Assembly (NCBI GenBank): GCA_963668645.2
Contig: CAXXWC010000003.1
Span: 352,001-416,000, forward strand
Direction of reading: 5' to 3'
Length of the DNA: 64,000 bases
Source: Desulfobacterales bacterium
GTDB lineage: Bacteria > Desulfobacterota > Desulfobacteria > Desulfobacterales > UBA2174
The position numbers were made by a program, and so were the translations under genes. Numbering within the stretch: position 1 is the stretch's first letter; each line of letters begins with the position of its first letter. The notes below the pieces were generated by a model. The model did not search any database. It had not been told where the DNA came from and saw only the letters and a program-made list of their open reading frames with translations. This document shows, piece by piece, positions 40,342 to 50,600 of this stretch.

Positions 40342-40878
40342 ATGGCGCCCCCAAACACCTTCACCGATGAACAGCTGCGAACGGTCAACGAAGCGATGGC
40401 CAGAGCGGAAGAAGTCGTCAGCGAAGCTTTCAAGATGTCGGCCAGCCAGTGGCTACGCCACCGTTACGATGTGCGCACCCAGGTCCAGCTGTCCGCCGAA
40501 GAGGTGGTTTGCGGCCCTTTTGCCCAGGTGATCCGTTATCAGGGGCAAAGACCCGGAACAAGTCTCGGATCGGGGGCCTATGATTTCTACAAAATCTGCC
40601 TTCAGGACCATGCCATCCTGGGACTCTTGGAGCGACGTATCGAACTGCAATTGTTCGCCTTCGTTCTTTACATCGGGGTCCATGAGCTGATCCACATTGT
40701 ACGCTTCGGGTATTTCCTCCAGGGCTTCGTGGCCACCGCGGCCGAAATGATGGCCGAGGAAACCCGAGTCCACCGTTTGACCAGGGAAATCGTACGTCCC
40801 TTGCCAGAGCCTGGAATCGATGCAGTGCTCAACTTTTTCGCCCACTGGCACGCGCCCATCGACGGGTTGATCCAGTAA
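40342..40878 (+). CDS. Hypothetical protein with HExxH motif
   Basis: 178-aa ORF; GVHELIHIVRF...EE..VH. Confidence 0.7.
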   Translation: MAPPNTFTDEQLRTVNEAMARAEEVVSEAFKMSASQWLRHRYDVRTQVQLSAEEVVCGPFAQVIRYQGQRPGTSLGSGAYDFYKICLQDHAILGLLERRIELQLFAFVLYIGVHELIHIVRFGYFLQGFVATAAEMMAEETRVHRLTREIVRPLPEPGIDAVLNFFAHWHAPIDGLIQ

Positions 40879-40905
40879 ATCCTCTCGAATCCTGCACGGC
40901 GCTTG

Positions 40906-40933
40906 CTTGACAAGCCCGAAAGCGGTCCTATAT
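40906..40933 (+). promoter_or_regulatory. RpoH (sigma32)-like promoter upstream of the FmdB gene and groES-groEL
   Basis: CTTGAC-N15-CCTATAT. Confidence 0.5.
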
Positions 40934-40990
40934 TTACCCCGATTCCGGCCAACCGAACGGGATTTCAGGATTTTTTAAAGGAGAGGGAAA

Positions 40991-41269
40991 ATGCCGATCT
41001 ACGAGTACGAATGTGAAAATTGCGGCCGCGTCGATGAGGCGATCCAGAAGTTTTCGGACAAGCCCCTCAGCCAATGCCGTTTCTGCAACGGGAAACTTCA
41101 CAAGCTGATTTCCCACAGCGCCTTTCACCTGAAAGGGACCGGTTGGTATGTGACGGATTACGCCGGCAAAAAAGTTGGCGGTACCCAAACGGCTGGCGGC
41201 AACGAGAGTGCTTCCAAGTCCGAAGGCGCCTCCAGTGCTGGCAAGGTGACAGAATCCAAAAGCGATTGA
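40991..41269 (+). CDS. FmdB family zinc-ribbon protein
   Basis: MPIYEYECENCG, CRFC, KLIS..AF.LKG.GWYVTDY. Confidence 0.9.
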   Translation: MPIYEYECENCGRVDEAIQKFSDKPLSQCRFCNGKLHKLISHSAFHLKGTGWYVTDYAGKKVGGTQTAGGNESASKSEGASSAGKVTESKSD

Positions 41270-41508
41270 TCGTGTCAGTATGTGCCCGCCATTGAAGGGT
41301 TTAGCTTAATGCGGCTTTATTTAAGCTCAGCCCCTGACCAACAATAGTCCATAGCGCAGTTTACGGCATACCCTTTGGGCGGAAGCCGTTCTTCGACAAG
41401 GGGCGGTTTGGTTGAGTTGTTCAGGGCCGGGCCATCGAATTTGCCGAAACATACAGGTCATAGGGAACGCGTGAAAATAAGAAACGCCAGAAAAGGAGAA
41501 CTTCAAAG

Positions 41509-41796
41509 ATGAACTTGAGACCACTGAATGACCGGATTCTCGTCAAGCGGCTGGAAGAAGCCACCACCACCAAAGGCGGCATTATCATCCCCGACTCGGC
41601 CAAGGAAAAGCCGGCCGAAGGCAGTGTCGTAGCCGTCGGCAACGGCAAACTGGGCGAAGACGGCAAGCGGATCCCGCTGGAAGTCAAAAGCGGCGATCGG
41701 GTCCTCTTCGGCAAGTACAGCGGCACCGAAGTGAAGCTCGAAGGCGAGGAATATCTGATTCTGCGCGAAGACGACGTGCTGGGAATCGTCCAGTAA
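41509..41796 (+). CDS. groES: Co-chaperonin GroES
   Basis: [44 protein letters not shown]. Confidence 0.98.
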   Translation: MNLRPLNDRILVKRLEEATTTKGGIIIPDSAKEKPAEGSVVAVGNGKLGEDGKRIPLEVKSGDRVLFGKYSGTEVKLEGEEYLILREDDVLGIVQ

Positions 41797-43521
<1,725 letters not shown>

Positions 43522-43554
43522 GCACCCCACCCCGATCCATGGCTAAGGCCTTTC

Positions 43555-43590
43555 AAGCTCCCCGCATCTATCCATGCGGGGAGCTTTTTT
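43555..43590 (+). terminator. groESL terminator
   Basis: AAGCTCCCCGCAT-loop-ATGCGGGGAGCTT followed by T-tract. Confidence 0.85.
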
Positions 43591-43683
43591 ATTGAAATAC
43601 TTGACAAATCATCAAAAGACGGACTAATTTTTGAGTCGGCCTTTTACACTGTCCGTCCACCATTCAAACAAGCGGGGAATGCC

Positions 43684-44766
43684 ATGAGCCGAAAATCTAC
43701 TCTGGTCGTCGGAATGGATTCTACAAGTCATTACCGAAGCGACCTCAAGGGGCTTCTGGGCGCGATCTTGGCGCTGCTGGCAGCCGCACCCGTGCTCATG
43801 GCCCAAGAGGCGAATCTTCCCGCCGGAGTGGTCGAGCAGGAATCCGGATACTATTATACCGTTCAAAAAGGCGATACCCTCTGGGATCTATCAAGCCGTT
43901 TCGCCGATTCCCCCTTCTACTGGCCGAGCATGTGGCAAAAGAACCCTCAGATCCCCAATCCGCACCGCATCTTTCCCGGTGACCGCATCCGGCTTTACCG
44001 CAAGAGCTGGACCGACCTTTCGGCCCGCCCTGAAGCGCCATCAGCACCCGGCAGTCCCGCCAAAAGCGCGCCGCAGCCGCCCTACTATCACTATCCGGGC
44101 ATGAACAGCGTCGGTTTTATACGCAATCAAGCCATCACCCCCAGTGCCACCATCTTCAAGCTTCCCTCTCCCAAAACCCTCAGCGGGCAGTTCGATACGC
44201 TGCTGATCCATCCCGCAGCCGATACGGTGCTGCTGGCCGGCCAGCGCTACACCGTCTATCGGATCTGGGATCCCCTCCAGGAGGGTCTCAAAAAGGCCTT
44301 TACCGGTTATCAACACCTGATCCTGGGAATCGTGGAAATCACCGAAGTCACCCCTGACCTGGCCACGGCGGCCGTTTTGACCTCTTTTCGCGAGATGCAG
44401 GCCGGAGACAAGCTCACGCCCTTCGAGAACCGGCCCTCCCAAATCCCGCTGGTGCCCAGCACCGAGGGAATTCAAGGTCAGATCCTTTGCGCCGAAGAGC
44501 ATCAAGCCATGGTGGGCGATCATGATCTGGTCTTCATCGACCGGGGGCATCAGGACGGGATCCGCGACGGCCAGCAATACCTGATCTACGATTCTGCCGA
44601 ACTTTACACCTCCCCCCAAAGCGGCATCGCGGCCCGCCTCCCCCCGACGGATCAGGGGACCTTGCTGGTGCTGCGTACCGAAGCGCAAACCGCCACGGCG
44701 CTGGTCACCAATGCAAAGCAGGACATCGCCCCCGGAGCGCTGATCACATCACCCAAATCGCCTTGA
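43684..44766 (+). CDS. LysM domain protein, TsaP-like
   Basis: Signal peptide; YTVQKGDTLWDLS.RF...P.YWP..W..NPQI.NPH.IFPGD; C-terminal VFIDRG..DG. Confidence 0.8.
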   Translation: MSRKSTLVVGMDSTSHYRSDLKGLLGAILALLAAAPVLMAQEANLPAGVVEQESGYYYTVQKGDTLWDLSSRFADSPFYWPSMWQKNPQIPNPHRIFPGDRIRLYRKSWTDLSARPEAPSAPGSPAKSAPQPPYYHYPGMNSVGFIRNQAITPSATIFKLPSPKTLSGQFDTLLIHPAADTVLLAGQRYTVYRIWDPLQEGLKKAFTGYQHLILGIVEITEVTPDLATAAVLTSFREMQAGDKLTPFENRPSQIPLVPSTEGIQGQILCAEEHQAMVGDHDLVFIDRGHQDGIRDGQQYLIYDSAELYTSPQSGIAARLPPTDQGTLLVLRTEAQTATALVTNAKQDIAPGALITSPKSP

Positions 44767-44857
44767 CGCGCCGCAACGCTGTACTGCCCGGGACAGACAG
44801 AACCCGGATGATCGGAAAAGAACCCGGGACAAGGGGCACTGGGGGGCTCCGGCGGTT

Positions 44858-46663
44858 TTAGTAATCCCAGGTGACCTTGAGCACTTCCTGGTAGGTGGTC
44901 TTGCCTTCCAGCATCCGGCAAACCCCGCTTTGACGCAGGGTGTTCATCCCTTCGGCCAGGGCCAGCCGGCGAATGGCTTCCACATCGGCCTGGGATGTGG
45001 TAAACTTACGGATTTCTTCTGAAAAAGGCATTACTTCATAGATCCCCAGCCTGCCGAAATAGCCGGTCTGCCGGCAACGGTTGCAGCCGGTACCGCGCTG
45101 CAGGGTAACCGGCCCCTGGCCTGGGACGGGCAGCCCCAGGTCGGCCAGATGGTCCCGGCGCATGATCAATGGCTCCGTACAGTAGAGACAGATGCGCCGC
45201 ACGAGACGCTGGGCCAGGATACCGACCAGGGTGGCCTGGATCAGGTATGCGGGGACCCCCAGGTCCAGAAGGCGGATGATCGAGCTGGGGGCATCGTTGG
45301 TGTGCAGGGTGGAAAGGACCAGGTGTCCGGTCAGGGCCGCCTGGACGGCGTTCTGGGCCGTTTCCAGGTCGCGCATCTCGCCGATCATGATGATGTCCGG
45401 GTCCTGGCGTAGAATGTTGCGCAGGATGGTGGCGAAGGTGACCTCGGCGGCGGCTTGCACCCCGATCTGGTTGAAATCCTCGTAGACCATCTCGATGGGA
45501 TCTTCCACCGTGACGACATTCTTTTCCGGGGTGGAGATATGACGCAGGGTGGAATACAGGGTGGTCGACTTGCCGCTGCCGGTCGGGCCGGTCACCAGTA
45601 CGATTCCGTGGGGCATCTCGACAAAACGCCGGTAGCGGTCGAGATCCTCGATGGTAAAGCCCAGCCCGGTCAGATCCTGAAAAAGAACGTCCGGGTCCAT
45701 GATGCGCATCACGACCTTCTCACCGAAGGCCACCGGAACGGTGGAGACCCGGATTTCGACTTCCCGGCCCCCGCGGTCGATCTTGATGCGCCCGTCCTGG
45801 GGCCGCCGCTTTTCGGCCATGTTAAGGCGGCTGAGCGTCTTGATGCGGCTCACGATGGCGTTATGCACCTTCTTGGGCAGCTTATAGACGGTGTGAAGCA
45901 CGCCGTCGATACGCAACCGCACCGTCACCTGTTCCCGCTTGGGTTCGATATGCACATCGCTGGCACGCTGGTCAAAGGCATAAACCAGCAGATGGTTGAC
46001 CGCGTTAACGATATGCTGATCGGTAGCCGGTACTTCGTCGCCGGCCGACAGCTTGACATACTGCTCCAGGTTGCCCAGGTCCGGACCGCTGCCGGAAAAC
46101 ATATCTTCAGCCATGGCGATGGAGCGCTTGAAACCGAAAAATTCGTCGATCAGCTTGAGTACATCGCTTTTGGCGCTGATCACCGGTGCCACCCGCAGAT
46201 TGGTCACCCGGGTGATGTCGTCCATGACCTCGATGTTGAGCGGCACCGGAGTTGCCACGGTAAGGGTTCTATCCGCGACGGCCACCGGCAAGACCAGATG
46301 CTTTTTGGCAAAATGGCGGGGGATATGAGAAGTGACCACGTTCAGGTTGAGCTTGATCGGATCGAGTTTACGATACGGCAGATCCCATGACTCCGCCAGG
46401 GCCTGAAAGATCACGTCCTCGTCAACCAGCCCCTTGCCGCCGTCGCCGCGCATTAGGCCCATGGAGACGATCGCGTCCACGATGGTTACCGGCACCCGTT
46501 CGTCATCGGATTCGTTGCGCCGCTGCTGGGCGGCCAGGCGCGCCCGGATCCGTTCATGGCCCTCCAGGACATCTTTGGCCTGGGACCGGGTAATCAGCCC
46601 GGCCTTGAACAAAATGGTGCAGACGGTTTTAGGGTCGAAAGGGCTGACCAAAGCGTTTGGCAT
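44858..46663 (-). CDS. GspE/PilB family secretion ATPase
   Basis: ASDVHIEP, EKRRPQDGRI, TGPTGSGKSTTLY, TVEDPIE, LRQDPDIIMIGEMRD, TGHLVLSTLH, CLYC..CNRC. Confidence 0.93.
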   Translation of the reverse strand: MPNALVSPFDPKTVCTILFKAGLITRSQAKDVLEGHERIRARLAAQQRRNESDDERVPVTIVDAIVSMGLMRGDGGKGLVDEDVIFQALAESWDLPYRKLDPIKLNLNVVTSHIPRHFAKKHLVLPVAVADRTLTVATPVPLNIEVMDDITRVTNLRVAPVISAKSDVLKLIDEFFGFKRSIAMAEDMFSGSGPDLGNLEQYVKLSAGDEVPATDQHIVNAVNHLLVYAFDQRASDVHIEPKREQVTVRLRIDGVLHTVYKLPKKVHNAIVSRIKTLSRLNMAEKRRPQDGRIKIDRGGREVEIRVSTVPVAFGEKVVMRIMDPDVLFQDLTGLGFTIEDLDRYRRFVEMPHGIVLVTGPTGSGKSTTLYSTLRHISTPEKNVVTVEDPIEMVYEDFNQIGVQAAAEVTFATILRNILRQDPDIIMIGEMRDLETAQNAVQAALTGHLVLSTLHTNDAPSSIIRLLDLGVPAYLIQATLVGILAQRLVRRICLYCTEPLIMRRDHLADLGLPVPGQGPVTLQRGTGCNRCRQTGYFGRLGIYEVMPFSEEIRKFTTSQADVEAIRRLALAEGMNTLRQSGVCRMLEGKTTYQEVLKVTWDY

Positions 46664-46680
46664 CGAAAGTTCCCCTCACC

Positions 46681-47214
46681 TCACGGGACCGAAGACCCGG
46701 CCGTATTGGGTACGAGCCGCTGCCTCATCTCCTCGTTGTGAGCCGCGACCTCCTGCTCGAAGGCAGCGCGGCGTTTCTGATAGTCTGCCAGTCGCGCATT
46801 GAGGGCCTCGACCTGCTGATTGTATTTCTTCTGCTCGGCCTGGGAAACCCGCTTCCCGGGAGCCGCGGCCAATTCTTCGCGCTCTTTTTGTAAAGCGTCG
46901 TACTCTTTAATCAACGCTTGCTGCCGCCGGTGCAAGTCGGCGATCAACGCTTCACCGGCCTCCTTCCCGGCGGATTCCGGAGCCGTTTCGGGTTGTGCCG
47001 CAACCTGCCCGGAGGCGGCCGGCAGCGCCCGGTCCGCGGCCCGTGCCGAGCCCTCGTATATTTTCAGTTTTTCGCGCTGGTCCGCCGGCACTTCGGCCAG
47101 ATTGTCGGTAAAACGAATCGCCCCGTTTTTGTCCCTGTATTTGTAAAATTCGGCCGCTACGGGCGTCGCCAGTGACAACACAACGATCAGCGTCAATCCC
47201 CACTTGAAGATCAT
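46681..47214 (-). CDS. DUF4124 domain periplasmic protein
   Basis: Signal peptide + AEFYKYRDKNG.IRFTDN...VP; C-terminal coiled coil. Confidence 0.8.
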   Translation of the reverse strand: MIFKWGLTLIVVLSLATPVAAEFYKYRDKNGAIRFTDNLAEVPADQREKLKIYEGSARAADRALPAASGQVAAQPETAPESAGKEAGEALIADLHRRQQALIKEYDALQKEREELAAAPGKRVSQAEQKKYNQQVEALNARLADYQKRRAAFEQEVAAHNEEMRQRLVPNTAGSSVP

Positions 47215-47277
47215 GCCTGCCTCCCCGGTTCAGATGCAGTCAAACGTTATCTTATGCCCCTGTCTCGCACACGGACG

Positions 47278-47658
47278 CTATCGCAGATCCGCGGGGACCG
47301 TTTCGAGCCAAATCTCTTCTATCTTGTGATTCAGGTTAAACCGATACCCCACGTAATCTCCCGGGCGAAAAGCAGCCCTGGATGTGGCCGGCCCCCCGAA
47401 CCGTGTCCGGAACACCACGTTCGGGGCGAACCCGCGGCACATATCCAGAATCACGAAGCATTCATCGTTGATCCGGTCGATGAACCCCTGGTACATCACG
47501 GCGTCTTCGGTCGCCGGCTCGACCCAGTCGCTGATTTCGGTCAGCGGCACCGGATCGATGGGCAGGAGGGCTGCCGGCTCCACCGCCAGCCCCCCTTGCC
47601 CGGTCATCACGATGGCCAGAAGGCAGCCGGCCCATATCATTGCATGCCGATGTCTCAT
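47278..47658 (-). CDS. Small secreted beta-rich protein, PilY2-like
   Basis: Signal peptide; G.IDRI...VI.D...F.PGDYVGY......I.EIW; immediately after pilY1; AGGAAGG RBS. Confidence 0.55.
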   Translation of the reverse strand: MRHRHAMIWAGCLLAIVMTGQGGLAVEPAALLPIDPVPLTEISDWVEPATEDAVMYQGFIDRINDECFVILDMCRGFAPNVVFRTRFGGPATSRAAFRPGDYVGYRFNLNHKIEEIWLETVPADLR

Positions 47659-47686
47659 TGGATTTTCCTTCCTGCGACGGCCTTGC

Positions 47687-50600
47687 TCAATCGACTTCAC
47701 GCCAGTAGACCAACCCGACATCTTCACCTCTTTCCATCAAGTCGATGATCGACCCGGCCGCGGTGCTCATCAGTTTGATTTCTTCCCGTTTTTGCACCGC
47801 CATAATAGTGGGATTAAAGACCATGGTCGGATACCAGATGGCCGTCGGTGCGACGTAAATATAGCGATCCACGTCGGACCCGTCGTTCCATTCCGGATTC
47901 TCTATTTTTAGCAGGTCCCGTTCATCCAGAATGCCGTCCTGGTTATAATCGAACTGGGGCTCGGTGAGACGACTGCCGCTGGCGGCATCGAGTTCATAGA
48001 GCCAAGATTCGCCACCGGCCGAACAAGGATTGGTGTTGGGAATGCTGGAAATCACGATGGCTTTGCCCGAGCGGATCGTCACATCGCGGATGACCCGCTC
48101 CTTGGAATCCGGCAGATCAAAGTACCAGCCGACGTTGTTGGCCTCATTGGTGGAGGGGTTGGGCTGCTGGCCGGAATCATCATCGTTCTCCCACAGGTAA
48201 TTGACCGAATAATCTGTCAGCACCCGTAAATACTGGCCTTCGATGAGCACGTCGAGCAGTTTTTCCTGGTGCAACAGACTCGACATGGAGCTCAGGTTGC
48301 TCAGCGTGTTGGTGGCGGTACGCTCGAAAGAGCCCAGATATTCGGTGGGGTCCTCATCGTCACCGAAATCCCAGATCCCGTAAATCGACTGGACCCGAGT
48401 GCTGCTAAAATCGGTGGAGCCCAGGTATTTACCCGTGCCGAAGACGACGATGTACCCATCCTGGCTGGTATCCAGAGGCCTCATGACATCCGGCATGGTG
48501 GTAATCGGCTGGCCGTTGCCTAAGGCATCCTGGGCGGTAAAAAGCGGCATGGGGGTCCCGCTGCGATCGGCCTCCGTGTTGTAGGTCACCACCCAGTCGT
48601 CGATGCTGCTGCCGGTCAGATCGAACTTCCACAGATTCCCTCTCAGGTCGCCGGCATAGGCGTAGTCCACCAGATCGTCGTTATTCACATCGATCAGCAC
48701 AGGGGTGGAAAGGCCGTTGCAGGCGTCGCCGCCGCTGGTGCCGAAGCCGGTGTCGATCTTCTTTAAAAGTGCCCCTGTATGGGCATCGAGCACGTAAAAG
48801 ACCGCATTGCCGTTGGAACTGTTGTACCCGTTGCCGAAGATCACCACGTAGCCGATCGTCGAGTTGACGATGAAAGCCCGGCTGTATGAATACCCCAGAT
48901 CCGGATCAGGGCAGAGCCTACCGCCGCCGCTGTAAGTGCCACTGCCGCTGGTGTTTGCACCGTCTGTGTCTTGCAGGCTGAAGGTGGTGGCACTCAGGGC
49001 CGTAACCTTGAAGTATCCGTTGGCGGCGGTATTGCTCTCCACTCCGGAAATTTCCACCCGGCTGTCGGTGCTCAGACCGTGGTTGATGTTGGTGGTAATC
49101 ACGATGGGAGTGGCGTTGGTGGCACCGGTGATCAGCAGATCGTTTTTGGGATATTCCCACATCACCTTGGTGGCCAGGTCGCTTTCGGAAGTAATTCCCA
49201 TCGGATGGGTGACATCCAGGGCATAATAGCCTTTGCCCCCCTTACCCAGACCGCCCACGAGATAGGTTTTGCTTTGACCGGAATCGGTCACGAAGGTGAC
49301 ATAGGGGGTCAAGTCGACAAAAAACTGGTGGTTGTAATCCGGATCGGTCAGGTTTTTGAGATGGTTAAAGACCAGCCGCGGCACGTAGGCAAAAACCTCC
49401 TGCCCCGTATTGGCGTTGAAGGCGTGCAGCATCCCGTCGTTGGCGCCGGCATAGACCATCTTGTAATCGGTGCCGTTGTAGGTATAGCTGTGGTAGACCG
49501 GCGCCGAATGGACGATGTCGCCCAGCTTACTGTCGCGCTTGGTCAAATCGTTGATTTTAAAGTAGCGGGTGCGATACGCCCCGCCGTTCTTGACCTCGAG
49601 GCTTGAATCACCCCGCAGATAGTCCACCATCTCCTCGGCCGTGGTCGCATCGGTGCTCAGCAGATCGAAGAGGGCCGTCTGGCTCGAGTAGTAGCGAAAC
49701 GGCAGTCCGCCGATACCGTTGTAAGTGGCGATCTTGCGTCCGGTGTCCCAATTTTGAGCGTAAAGTTCCTCCTCGGCCGACCAGATATAGCTGGAGCGGA
49801 TCACCTCGCCGGTTTCCGAATCCAAGGCATAGGCCTTGACATCGCCGCTCCATCCGTCGGTGTTATAAATCGTCTGGTAGACCGTCGAGCCGGTATCCAA
49901 CTCCTCGCCGTTGATAGTCACGCCGGCCCCGGAACCGATGCGCGCCACCACGTCGTTCATCACCTCCTTGATCATCGCGATCAGTTCCTGGGGGTTCTTA
50001 GCGCTTAAAAACTGCCCCCGGCCGTTAATGGCGGCATGGTAGACATCGTCAATCTTGGCACTGGTATCGTCTCCCAGTGGACTGTGCCAGGTAGGGTAGG
50101 TGCGGGCATCGACGTCCAAGTTGTACAGGTCGTAGTCATCCGGGTTGTTGTACCCTTCCACGCCGAAGGTGACCCCGTAGGTCACCATATGCTGCCAGGT
50201 GGCCTTGTCATAAAAATTGGTGGGCACCTCGTCGGCGATGGCCGGCGCCAGATCGTTTTCATAATAGTACATGGCGATGTCGGCCAGGGTGTTGGGAAAG
50301 TCGTCGGCATACGGCGCCCCGTGGTCGCCGTCGATGTTGCCGAACCCTGCCGCCCCGCCGTTCCAGGCCCCGTCGGTCATGATGATGGCAAAGTTCTGCT
50401 GGCAGGCCCCACCCGCGTCGGTGGAAAGCGGCGACGTCCTGAGTTCCCTTTCCAGGCTTCCGGTGGTCTCGGTGGTATGAAAGTAGAGGCCGACCTTGTT
50501 CAGTCCGTCGCGCAGCGGCGTCGAGGCGGGGTTTCGCACCTGGTGGAAGTTCTTCAGTTTGTTGATCAGATACTCGGCATAATCGGTCTCGCCGGTCACC

